Assembly (NCBI GenBank): GCA_028534125.1
Contig: CM052817.1
Span: 107,386,001-107,450,000 of the forward strand
Direction of reading: 5' to 3'
Length of the DNA stretch: 64,000 bases
DNA from: Lama glama
Taxonomy: Eukaryota
This document shows positions 1-11,187 of this stretch, one piece after another (positions within the stretch are counted from its first letter, which is position 1; every line of letters starts with the position of its first letter). Below the pieces are notes generated by a model, which did not search any database, had not been told where the DNA came from, and saw nothing but the letters and a program-made list of their open reading frames with translations. Both the position numbers and the translations under genes were made by a program.

Positions 1-3000
1 CCTTTTGTGTCTTTGAGATGTAAATGATTTACCTGATCTTCCTCAGTGTTTTGCGTGTATGTGTGAGAACCTGGACTCTGCCATCTGGAAGGTACACACA
101 TGGTGGACATGTGGCAGCCTACTGAATAGACTGGGATTCTGAGCAGTTGTCCACCTGACCCTGCCAACTCTCAGGGGCTTTCTGCCATCCTAACCTTCAC
201 TGCATCAGCCTGTATGACGAAGGCCTTTGCCTCCTTAGACTGTTTAGGGAGTAAACCTTCTGGATCTTGTTCTGGTGCCATCCTTCACACTCTTGTGGGG
301 AAGCCGCTTGCATCTTACTGGTTTGAGTCACTATAAAGCTATATCTCATTAATGGCCAGAGGATGGATCTTTTAAATTGGAGAAGCTTCTAAACTTACGA
401 ATGTTTACAGAGCTCTCATTGGAAGCAGCTGTTCTATTGCTACCTACGGAAAAGAACAAATTAGAAGGTGGAAAAAGATATATATATAAAATGGTTAACC
501 TAAGAACGCCTTTAAAACAAACAAACAAAAAAAATCAAACTAGTTTGGGAAGCCTTACTTGTGGTCTCCACTTCCCCTGAATGGGTCTTACAGATGCTAA
601 TAAAAACATTAGGATAATTAATGTTAACTAGGTTGATTAACAGGGAGTTAAAAAAAAAACTGAAGTGAAAGTTTAGAGACTTATTTCCAACGAGGTGAAA
701 ATTTTAAAGACACTTGTCTCAAAATGATAAAGAAATCTACAGACGGTTATTAAGAAATGAGATGACTGGCAGTCAAGACAGTGGAGAAGCAGCAGCTGGA
801 ACTCACCTCCTCTCAGACACAGCAAGACCAAGGCTAACACAACCATCGACAGAAGACTAGAAACTACCAGACAAGACCTTCTGTAGCTAAAAACTTAAAG
901 AAACCATGAGGAGACCGGTAGGGGGTTGGACTCACGATATAATCAGGTCTCGTACCCTCCGGGGGGGCGACCCGCAAACTGGAGAATAATTAAATTGCAG
1001 GGGTTCTGCCACGGAAGCGAGAGCTCTGAGTCCCATGTCAGCTCCCCAGCCGGGGGGCCCGGCACCGGGAAGCGGCGCCCCCAGCATGCTGGGCTTTGGA
1101 GGCCAGTGGGGCTCGACCACAGGAGCTCTGCGAGACTGGAGGAAACAGAGACCATACGTTTAGGGTTGCACAGGAAGTCCCACACTTGCTGGGACCAAGG
1201 GCAAAAGCAGTCATGTCACAGGAACCTGGGCCAGAACTACCTGCTAGTCTTGGGGGTCTCCTGGGGAGGCGTGGGGCAGCTGTGGCTCACCCTGGGGGCG
1301 TGGACATGGTGGCAGACATTGGGGGTGCTCATCTGAATGAACTCTCCTTCGGGGAGGCTGACATCTTGCTTGGACATTAGCACCAAGACTTGGCCCCACC
1401 CAACAGATTTTAAGCTCCAGAGCTGGGATGCCTCAGACCAAACAACTAGCTAGGTGGGGATGTATCCCCACCCATCAGCAGACAGCAACAACCCCTGACT
1501 CACAGCCACCTATGGACATGTCTCTAGACACGGCCCTGCCCACCAGAGAGCCAAGACTCAGCTCCACCCACCAGTGACAGGCACCAGCCTCTAGACCAGA
1601 CTTACCCACCAGGGAGCAGACTGCTGGAGCCAGAAAACTTCGATCTCACAACCCGCAAAACAACTCCACAAACACAGGCCAGAATCTGCCCTGGGACCAG
1701 CTGGCCACAGGCCCCTGGGTGACGAGTGGGGAGTGCACTGCAGGGACACATAGGACATCTCTTAGAGGGGGCCACTCCTCCAAGGTCGAGAAACATAACT
1801 AACGTGCCATACACAGAAAAAAACAAATAGAAATTAAGACAAAATGAGGCAGCAGAGGAGTATCTTTCAGACAAAGGATAAGATAAAACCCCAGAAGAAG
1901 AACTAAGTGATGTGGAGACAGGCAATCTATCCGAGAAAGAGATCAGGGTTATGATCATAAGACTGATCAAAGATCTCAGGAGAAGAATGGATGAACAGAG
2001 TGAGAAGCTAGAATTTGTTAGCAAAGAGATAGAAAAATAAGGAACAACCAGAGATGAAGAATGCAATAACTGAAATGAAAAATACACAAGGAACCAATAC
2101 TAAACAAGGCAGAAGAATAAATCAGTGAGCTAGAAGACAGAGTAGTGGAAGTCAATGCCACAGAACAGAAAAAAGAAAAAAAGAATGAAATGAAACGAAG
2201 ACAGTTTAAGAGTATTCTGGGACAATATCAAATGCACTAACATTCACATTATAGGGGTCCCAGAAAGAGAAGAAGAGAGAAAGGGACCAAGAAAATATTT
2301 GAAGAAATAATAGCCAAAAACTTCCCTGACCTGGGGAAGGTGTGATTAGATTAAATTCAATTAGGTAAATGGATTTTGTTATTACAAGTAGGCTGGTGCA
2401 GAACTGGACCCGGTTCCTGTCTTTGTTAAGAGAACAAAGTTTTCAGGAAATACTGCTTTTGATAACAGATTGTGTGAATTTCTTTGCCTTTAAGTGATCT
2501 GTATTTGCTTTTGAAATCTTTTGTCACTATGGTTAAGTGAATAAGCATTGGTCCACAGTGAACTATGATCCTATTTGACCAAGTGTTTTGAAACCTTTTT
2601 GATAGTTTTGACAGACTTCCCAAATACTGAATTCTAACTCAAGTTCTTTTGACCTCCAGCTAACTCTGGGACGCTTCAAGGAACCCTGAGACATATCAAA
2701 GAGAGATATTAAACTAATTAGGTTAATATATGTTAAATAACATGGGAAACATTGTCAAATGGGCGAGGATAAAAGCTTCTAAGGTTAGATGTCAATAATA
2801 AAGATATTCCAAAATTTATATGGAATTCCTAAAAGTCTGATACACTCTGGTGTAACGTGATCAGTCATAATTCTACTTATTACCTTAAAAATGTTGTTTG
2901 TCACAGTATATCCAAGTTTCTTGTCGGCTGCATTGTTATGCGATCTTTAACCATGCCATTTTAAGCCTTTTGTCATTTATAGATTATCACTGTTTTACTC

Positions 3001-3732
3001 TGATGCTTTTATAAAATGAAAATTTTAAAGATTTATAAAAAGGCCTTTCTGACAAATACAAGTTTTGGATAACTTTTAGATCATACCACTGACTGGAAAA
3101 CCTTTCCTCTTATGACCTGACCTACAACAGCTTGATAAAGTGTAGCTCTGTAAACAAAGATGAAACAATTATCTTTTTCTCTCTACCCGATCCCTCCAGA
3201 GTTTGGCTTCTCCAGCGGGCTTCCCTGTGGACTCAATGGCTTATTTCCACCAGATTACAACTAGTTATACTAATCATTGTTTTAATTTGCCCTCTGGGCT
3301 TCAAATTACTTACACCTTGTGCCTCTCTCTGCTGTGCTATGACTTTATTATCACTAGCTGTGTTACTCACATCCTGTTTTGTAAGATTGTTGTCTCTTGT
3401 CCCAATATGTAACCAGACCTCCAACAAAATTAACGTCTCGAGACAGTTGATCATATATATAACTCTAAATAGAACAGCTGTAATAGTGCAACTCTAGATA
3501 CAGCAAGAAGCAACAAGGGAAAAACATCTCCTGGATCGTAATAAACCAGAAAGACAGACGATCCAAAGACTTTTAGATTATTAACAGGGCCTGATCCAAA
3601 AATTAACACACTGAGTGGCCTATCAACAGAATCTTCACCTGACAAAGGTATGAGCCTTCCTAGCACCGTGAGACAAATTGGTCAAGAAATGCCTCCCACA
3701 CGCTGGTCAAATTTATGACTAAGAGGAGACAC
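1..3732 (+). mobile_element. Degenerate ERV internal region (ERV1-like), interrupted by an L1 at ~770-2340, in ETFDH intron 1
   Basis: Hydrophobic env-TM-like remnant (LQLVILIIVLICPLGFKLL, ~3250-3310) and a purine tract AAGAGGAGAC (3721-3730) directly before an LTR-like block. Family not determined. Confidence 0.6.
770..2340 (+). mobile_element. LINE-1 5' UTR plus start of ORF1, 3'-truncated
   Basis: GC-rich 5' UTR followed by A-rich ORF1 remnant (ATGAGGCAGCAGAGG...ACCCCAGAAGAAGAACTAAGTG...ATAGGGGTCCCAGAA). Visibly homologous to the reverse complement of 36500-37945. Confidence 0.85.
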
Positions 3733-4160
3733 TATGGACAAAGAATGTCACCAACCATATTGGTAAACAAAGGATGCTGTGGTCATCCACCCAGCAGCCA
3801 CTCCCAGCTGTGCACCCTGAGGGGAGTCAGGATAGAGAAAAATAAGATACTGGCCCTAGATAGTTAAGGTGCAGATCAAAGAAATGATTTCAATGAGTCC
3901 AGACTCTTGCATCTTTTCATACATAGAAAAGCAGTAAATTCATTAACTTGATATTTCTGGTTTTCTTTACTTAGCAGTAATCTTGTGATATTCTATCTTT
4001 TTGCAGAAAACTCCTATATATCCTGATCCCTCCCTTACCTCTTCAGAACAGTCCCTCAGAGCGATCTGAGAGGCTGTCTTCCAGGCGTTAAGTCCTCAGT
4101 ATGTTCACTGAATAAAACATAATTCTCAACTTTTAGGCTATGCATTCTTTTTAGCCGATA
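3733..4160 (+). mobile_element. ERV 3' LTR
   Basis: Follows the purine tract; TATA-like CCTATATA (~4013-4020), AATAAA at 4111; termini degenerate. Confidence 0.7.
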
Positions 4161-5032
4161 CTATCTACATATTAGATATAGTAATACATGCACGAGTAAT
4201 AGAAACTTTCAACAAAATTCTAATTATTTAATATATGGTGGCCAAATTTGACAAAATTCTACTTCCATGAAATTTACCTAAGAATATCCCTGAATTTGCA
4301 ATATGTATATTTGCTTATTCTATAACCAAAAATTAATTTAAATAAAAATTAAGCCAGTTGTGAGAGAATTCAAGATCCTGTAGTAAACTTAAAACATTTT
4401 TTAAATGTTCTTTTTAAGTAAAAAAGAAACAGAAAACCATCCAAACGCGTCATTCTATCTTTTTTGAAGTGAAAGGGGAGGTAATAAGGTATCTCATTAA
4501 GTCATTGTGATGATTCTAGAGGCAGTCAAAATACGAAAAGCCCCTAGAGATAATTTTAGACGAAGCAGAGAAGCTCCTGGCTCCAGATAGAACCGGTTGA
4601 CTCGGGCAGCGCAGGAATGTTGACACTAATGTGACAGATCAGACTTGGAATCCCTCAGAATGGACTAGGACGGCTGCAAAGTCGCAGGTACGGTGGGACC
4701 AAGGAGAAAACCCGTGCAAACATTACTGTACCCACTTCCAACAAGGTAGCCGGTAACACCTGAGCTCTGGGATGCGGGACAGCGCCAGGGCTCGGGAAGA
4801 CGCTTCTCCCGAGTCCGCGGCAGCTGTTGACAAGTCTTCGCTCACGACCTTTGGCCTAGTTGTCAACTCGTCCAATTGGGACAAGCCCAGCGGAGGCACC
4901 GCGTCGGCCAGAGGGCGCCCGCGCCGCATGCCCTCTGCGCTGGTCCTGCCTGAGAGGCGACCCCGAACAGCCGCGCGCGCCCCTCCCCGCCTCGCTAACT
5001 CGCCGTCCCCGTCCCGCCGGGTCCCCGCTCAC

Positions 5033-5066
5033 CCGGGCAGGCCAGCCTGGCCAGCGGTACCAGCAT
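5033..5066 (-). CDS. ETFDH: ETF-ubiquinone oxidoreductase, coding exon 1 (start of mitochondrial targeting peptide); downstream exons lie left of the window
   Basis: Minus strand reads gaacATG CTG GTA CCG CTG GCC AGG CTG GCC TGC CCG G|gtgagc = MLVPLARLACP. This resembles the remembered human N-terminus MLVPLAKLSCL and has the same 34-nt coding length. Head-to-head position with C4orf46 matches human synteny. Confidence 0.9.
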
Positions 5067-5639
5067 GTTCGCGGTCGCCCGGACTCTGGCGACACCGCGG
5101 GGGAGGCGGGCTGCGGCTCGCGGGGCGCGGGACGGCTAGGCCGCGGGTGGCGCCATCCTCACGGGATGCAACCTGTCTTAGTGGAGTCGGCCTCCAGCTC
5201 AGCGGGCCGCTCGGGCTTCCCCGCGCGCCCGCCTCCGACTCGCTCTGCGCCTGCGCCACGCGTGACGCGCCGGCCTGCATCGCTTCCGGGTCACAGCCGG
5301 GAGGGCGCCGGAGCGTGCTGAGAGACCACAAATCCCAGGGTGCCGTGCGCGCGCGGTGCCCAGGCAGTGGAGGCGGAGCGGCGCGCACGGCACTCTGGCC
5401 GTTGTAGTCTTCTGCTCGAGGGTACCGGGAGCCCGGGCGGAGGTTGGTGCTGGAGCGAAGAGCCGCCCTAGGCTAATTAACCGGCTTCGGATTGGCTGTT
5501 CCGAGAAAATGACGAGGCTTCGCGGTCCCGGGCAGAGAGCCGCGAGGAGGCGGGGCCTCTGGGCTTTGGGCGCGAGCGGTTGAAAGGCGTTGGTGTCGGT
5601 TCGGCTGAGAGGGTTCGGCCCCGCCGCCCAGCCCGCTCC

Positions 5640-5825
5640 ATGGCGGAGCATGAAGAGGCGCGGGTTTCCTCGCCGCCCCCGCCACCGCCCTCGTCTCCGT
5701 CGTTGTTAGACTGCTCTTCGGCATCTTCCCCCGGTGTCCCTGTGGGCTTGAGTTGGCCAGTTCCGAGGAAGAGCGACGTTAGGACAGTGGACCCCCTGGA
5801 GGAGGTGGAGCTGCAGATCGGAGAC
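5640..5825 (+). CDS. C4orf46: C4orf46/RCDG1 homologue, coding exon 1 (62 aa)
   Basis: tccATGG start; [21 protein letters not shown]...[12 protein letters not shown], then donor GTGAGT at 5826. Matches the remembered RCDG1 sequence. Confidence 0.93.
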
Positions 5826-7112
5826 GTGAGTGTCGGGGAGGCTGGCCCGCGGCGGGGCGGGCGGACGGGGGACGGAGCCTGCGGGGGCCGAGGGATGCGG
5901 TGTGTGTGGTGGCGGGGCGGGGGGGTCCGAGCATCCCGCTCCGGCCGCTCCGCCGTCTTCGTGCCCGGCCGTCTGGTTTCCCTCCCGGCTGTAACCCGAA
6001 ACCGCGCCCACCCCTCCTTTGCGGGTGGCGAGAGTCAGGCCGCGATGCTTTCCCGGGACTTAGGGCTCCGCTGTCCTAGCTGGCCGCCTGCCTGGAGCTG
6101 TCCGCAGCGCGCTACCTGCCCCACGCTGGCTCTGCGCCTGGCCCACTTAGGGCCACTGCCCGTGGTCCGGACCGGTTTCACGGACGGTTCAAAGACCCCC
6201 TCCCTGGGTGGCTGGGATGCCAGGTCTGGACGGTTTCTGTTGAATCTCGAATTTCCAGACACTGGCGCTCGCACACGCCCCACCAGAGGGGCGTGTTTCA
6301 GTTTTTCAGAACTCGAGTGGGTCAAGTGGATGGGGTCTGTAGGGCGTGATCTTAACTGAGAGACGCCCCCCCCCCGCCCCCGGTCCCGTGCAGACTGCAG
6401 ACTCGGCCCGAACTCCGTGATCTCATCGCTCACGCAGGATTTGTGGCTTTAAAAGATGGCTTAAGTGCTGACACAGTTTCTGTTTTTGCTGAGCAAGGCT
6501 GTTTCCAGGGGAGCAGTAGAATGGCGTACTGATGTGTTATCTAGGAACGGTGTTATTTAATATTGTAGTTGAAAAAAAATTTTGATCAGGAAGTGCGTTT
6601 TCTACCAAGAGTCAGGTATTTTCTGTTTGACTTTGTTGATGGCTGTTTGTGAGCTCATTGTCTGTCATTTGGTCTCTGCGTTGTCGGGGTCTGCGGCGTT
6701 CACAGGTGAAAATAGTGGAGTGGTGCCCTTGTTACCCACCGGTAAGAGCTGTTAGTGAAGCCCCTCAGATACTTCTGGTACTTGGTGCCAAGGGATCCAA
6801 GTCGTCTTGCTGAGCTAAATGAGACGCTAGTGTATTTTCAACTAAAAACATACTGACTGCCATGTCTCCTACACAGTGGATATCTTCCTAGCAGACATAT
6901 TTCCTCAAAGTTTACTTCATATTAAAGAATTTCTTACCGTTCCTTGAAAGAGCTGGTGTTTTAGTTTGAAGATTTTTTTTAACTTTTAAAGAAAATAACT
7001 TGAACATTGGATTCAAGGTTCTAAGTTTATTTTCAGCCTACTTTGTAACATGAGGTAAGAATGAAAAAAAATGAGCTTCTAATGTTGGACTTCATTTTTA
7101 AAAAAATTTCAG

Positions 7113-7268
7113 GCAGCGTTTTCGTTAACCAAACTTCTGGAAGCCACATCTGCAGTATCAGCTCAAGTAGAAGACCTTGCCTTCAAATGTACAGAAAATG
7201 CACGTTTCCTTAAAACATGGCGGGACCTCTTGAAAGAAGGCTATGATTCTTTGAAGCCTGACAGCTGA
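7113..7268 (+). CDS. C4orf46: C4orf46/RCDG1 homologue, coding exon 2 (51 aa + stop; spliced protein 113 aa)
   Basis: Acceptor tttcAG at 7111-7112, phase 0 join; [54 protein letters not shown]. Confidence 0.95.
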   Translation, partial: AAFSLTKLLEATSAVSAQVEDLAFKCTENARFLKTWRDLLKEGYDSLKPDS

Positions 7269-8607
7269 TTCGTCTGTGTTTGTCTGTACGTCCTCATGTA
7301 TGGCGTCTGTACGTGTACCGTATGTAGAGGATAATCTCCAGCAGTTCTCTATACTGAAACTGAAATTTTTCTTGGTTTCTTTATTTTGATGTGGATCAGC
7401 ATTTGTTTCTCTTTAAATAATTTCTTCCTCTAAACTTTCATGGACTCTTTTATGAAAGTTAATTTGATTTGTACGTAGTATTAATAATGCCACAGTGTTA
7501 CCAGTAGCAAACTAGGTAGACCGTTTATCTGTTCAACTTGCAAGAAGATGCCAAGAATGGCAAAGGGTGAAGTTGAGCTTCGTTTTTTTTGGACCAGGAA
7601 AGGTAACTTTAAGGTTTTACCACTGCTAGATCTAGCTCTGTTAGGCAAAGTTCCCGAGAACCAATGATTGTCTGACTTCTGTATTTCCAGCACCTAGACC
7701 ACTATTATCCAACAATCACTAAATATTTGTTGAATAAGAGTTGATAACATAATTAAAAACTGTTTTTCTTCCTATTTTTAGCAGGAAGACTATGATTGTT
7801 TCTCTAAAAAAATATTTGAGTCAGAACTTCATTGACTTAAAGGACATTATCTTTTTTTTTTTAAACAGGGATTTGAACTCTAAGTGGTAAAATATATGAT
7901 AAATATTTTTTTTCCCTTCTATCATGCTTTTCAGAAAATCTTTTAGTTCGGAAAATGCAACATGTCTTGAAAGAAAGCATATTTTTTCCCCTGTGTGTTT
8001 CTAAGGTTAACTGCTTTTACAGCTCCTCGTATTTGATGTTGTTGTATGTTTGATGGCTCTCTTTAAAGTGCCTTATCAAAATTACAGCTCTGTAGTCTGA
8101 ATTTTGAAACTTTGCAAGCAATAATTCAAATTCTAAATATGATGATTCTAAACAAGTTACTTTTTGAAAATGCATCAAATTTGAATGATGTAATTGTTTT
8201 CATATTATTTGACCTGAATGACAGTGTTCTATTTTACTTGTCCTGAATCCTCAGTTGCTCGCTCTCTCTTTTTCTGGTGGGTTTATGTCACGTGTCAGCG
8301 ATTAAGCCAAGTAATCCTCTGCTGTGTAACTTCTGGACACCTCTGATGTGGCGTCTTAATTCTTTGTATGCAAAGAATACTGTACAGAACTGTAATCTGT
8401 CCAGAACTAGATTTTAAAGGCCCCCAATGGGCCTGTGAAAGGGGACAAATGGACGGGAAAGGATATTTTGTTTAGCATATTAGGTCATAGTTCTAAATTA
8501 AAGATAACACATATGGTGTCCTCCTATACCAAAGAGAAGCCTATTTTGATATTAGAAAAGTATCTTTCTTAAGTGTCATGAAAATTACAATGTTTAAAAT
8601 GTACAAA

Positions 8608-8613
8608 AATAAA
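8608..8613 (+). terminator. Candidate C4orf46 polyadenylation signal
   Basis: AATAAA ~1.3 kb after the stop, followed by T/GT-rich sequence (ttgttatttt...gttggtgttgt). Other AATAAA hexamers occur further downstream. Confidence 0.5.
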
Positions 8614-8989
8614 CACTTGTTCAAAGCAGATGTTATTTCCATTTCTTTGAATTTGTTATTTTAAAAAGTTGGTGTTGTAATATTTCAAACCTAACAGGAA
8701 AGATGGGTGATTTGAAGAACATCCCTGTACTCCCAGCATGCAGAGTTAATAAATGTTAGCGTTAGGTTATGTTTTCTGCAGATCTCGGTATGATGTCAAT
8801 GTTAGACACATTTGAAGCTTGTTTCGTTACCTCTTTGAGCCCACTTCCCCTTCTTCTCTGGAAGTAGTGCATATTCTGGCTTGTGTTTTTACATTTTTAG
8901 TACATATGTATGTTTCAGAACACTACAAAATACTGTGCTGAAAGTAATATTGTCAATCAACTGTACTTCAATTGAAAAAGTACTGTTTT

Positions 8990-9140
8990 GTGTTGGTAGT
9001 AACCAGCCTCCGGTTGGCCCCAGTGGCCTCCTGCTTCTTGGTATTCATGCCCTCAGGATAGTCTCCCTCCTTGACTGGTGCTGACTTGTGTAACTACCAG
9101 GATACCGATGAAATGCAGCGTGTGATTTCTGAGACCATTT
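8990..9140 (+). mobile_element. MaLR (MLT1-like) LTR fragment
   Basis: cagcctcc..tggcccccagtg..ctcctgcttcttggtattcatgccct resembles the remembered MLT1 5' end. Confidence 0.5.
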
Positions 9141-10108
9141 CTTTTCCGTATGGACTTACAGGTATTACATATTTTGAGTACTAACTAATGATGTATTATG
9201 TATGTTTCAATTATCTTCTGTAGTCTGCAGTTTATCTTTGTGTTTGATTATAGAATCTTCTTGAATAAAAGTTTTTAGTTTGAATGTAATCTTACCAGTC
9301 TTTTTGTAACAGTGTTTTTTGGGTCGTGCGGAGGACATGTCATAAAGATACTCTCCTATCTGAGGTTTAAAAAGTTTGTTTTTAATGTTTAGGTCTTTAA
9401 TCCACCTGAATTTATTTTTGTTTACAGTTCAGTGTTTGGCTCTTCAGTGCTTACTGTTGTATAGTTGTTCCTCCAAATACCTGTTTCAAATGCTACATGT
9501 CACTCAAGTACTATGTAAATGCCTAGTTCTGAGCTCCCTGTTTTGTTCTTTTGATTTATTTGCTTGACCCCATGCTAAGTTCCCTATAACCCCCCCTGTT
9601 TTAGCTGTGTCATAAGTGTGGTCTGTACTACTAGGGTTTTGTGTGTGTGGCTTCCTCTCACTGCCCACCTCCCCTGTATGTTTTTTTAAGTTAGAAAAAA
9701 CATGTTCATTGATTTCTAATTTTATTTAATTGCCATCAGCTTAGGTGTACCGTTCTGGGGACACTTTTAGTTAATACCTCTACCAAGACTCGTAGCTGCT
9801 GGCGTCTGAAGTCCCCAGTCCCACAGTTCAGCTCTGCTTATAGTTTCTGTTGCCACGTGTGGTCCACGGAGAAGTTCATCTTATTTCCAAGAATGGCTTT
9901 AAAAAAAAAATCCCTATTAAAATTTCTTTTTGCTCCGCTTCATGGGAGAGGTTAGAAAAGAGCTCAAAGCATAAACATTTTCTTAAAGACTTAAGAAAAA
10001 AATTTTAAGCTTAGTAGCTCATTACCAGTTCTACACAAACCTCAGTGGACAGCTTACCATTCTGATGATGTAAATTTTTAAAAGCCTCAAGAGGCTGAAG
10101 TCAGTAAG

Positions 10109-10608
10109 NNNNNNNNNNNNNNNNNNNNNNNNNNNNNNNNNNNNNNNNNNNNNNNNNNNNNNNNNNNNNNNNNNNNNNNNNNNNNNNNNNNNNNNNNNNN
10201 NNNNNNNNNNNNNNNNNNNNNNNNNNNNNNNNNNNNNNNNNNNNNNNNNNNNNNNNNNNNNNNNNNNNNNNNNNNNNNNNNNNNNNNNNNNNNNNNNNNN
10301 NNNNNNNNNNNNNNNNNNNNNNNNNNNNNNNNNNNNNNNNNNNNNNNNNNNNNNNNNNNNNNNNNNNNNNNNNNNNNNNNNNNNNNNNNNNNNNNNNNNN
10401 NNNNNNNNNNNNNNNNNNNNNNNNNNNNNNNNNNNNNNNNNNNNNNNNNNNNNNNNNNNNNNNNNNNNNNNNNNNNNNNNNNNNNNNNNNNNNNNNNNNN
10501 NNNNNNNNNNNNNNNNNNNNNNNNNNNNNNNNNNNNNNNNNNNNNNNNNNNNNNNNNNNNNNNNNNNNNNNNNNNNNNNNNNNNNNNNNNNNNNNNNNNN
10601 NNNNNNNN
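10109..10608. other. Assembly gap (500 N)
   Basis: Run of exactly 500 N. Confidence 1.
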
Positions 10609-10680
10609 ATGCCATCAGTGTTCGGTTTGCAGCTGCGGACATGCGGGGTGTAGCCACAGTACTGGAATTTCTTAAAATAG
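10609..10680 (-). CDS. RXFP1: RXFP1 exon 15, 5' part only (hinge region), cut by the assembly gap
   Basis: ctcag|C TAT TTT AAG AAA TTC CAG TAC TGT... = YFKKFQYCGYTPHVRSCKPNTDG, then Ns. Confidence 0.95.
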
Positions 10681-10794
10681 CTGAGGTACAAAGAGAAGGG
10701 GAAAGAAGATTGTAAATTTGATTCAGTGTCACTCTACATGCATATCAGTTGTCTACATTTTCTCAGTAGAAAGAAAATGTCTTAAGATGTGAGG

Positions 10795-11187
10795 CGAGAA
10801 AGAGAAAGAAAAATACCATATGATATCACTTATATGTGGAATCTAAAAAAAGAAGAAAAGAGGACACTAATGAACTCATCTACAGAACAGAAACAGACTC
10901 GCAGACAGTAAACAATCTTATGGTTACCTGGGGAAAGGGGGGGTGGGGAGGGATAAATTTGGGAGTTTGAGATTTGCAAATGTTAGCCACTATATATAAA
11001 AATAGATTTTAAAAACCCACAAATTTCTTCTGTATAGCACAGGGAACTATATTCAATATCGTGTAATAACCTTTAATGAAAAAGAATATGAAAACGAATC
11101 TATGTATGTATATGCATGACTGGGACATTGTGCTGTACACCAGAAATTGACACATTGTAACTGACTGTACTTCAATTAAAAAAAAAA
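10795..11187 (+). mobile_element. 5'-truncated L1 3' end with poly(A) tail and TSD
   Basis: L1 3' UTR ending acttcaattaaaaaaaa; TSD aagaYgtgagg at 10784-10794 and 11188-11198; TT/AAGA endonuclease-type site. Confidence 0.9.

Larger units (their letters stand above)
4750..6440. promoter_or_regulatory. CpG island / bidirectional ETFDH-C4orf46 promoter
   Basis: GC- and CpG-rich block in AT-rich DNA; the two start codons are 573 bp apart. NRF1-like GCGCCTGCGC (~5247-5256), ETS/GABP CTTCCGG (5283-5289), two ZNF143-like motifs (5323-5352, 5381-5410), reverse CCAAT (ATTGG 5491-5495). Confidence 0.88.

Noticed and set aside
3132..3497. Hydrophobic 121-aa ORF as a co-opted env/syncytin-like gene
   Set aside because: Starts at TTG, is short, and has no visible SU domain, furin site or immunosuppressive motif; it is a decayed remnant.
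5509..5583. 24-aa uORF upstream of C4orf46
   Set aside because: The ATG lies just after the CCAAT box and is probably upstream of the TSS; cannot be supported without TSS data.
4723..6433. Many long overlapping ORFs (up to 259 aa) on both strands
   Set aside because: Expected from stop-codon scarcity in a CpG island; only the C4orf46 and ETFDH exon portions have splice sites and recognisable homology.
10031..10732. 196-233 aa ORFs here and similar ORFs at 61779-62490
   Set aside because: Artefacts of translating through N runs.
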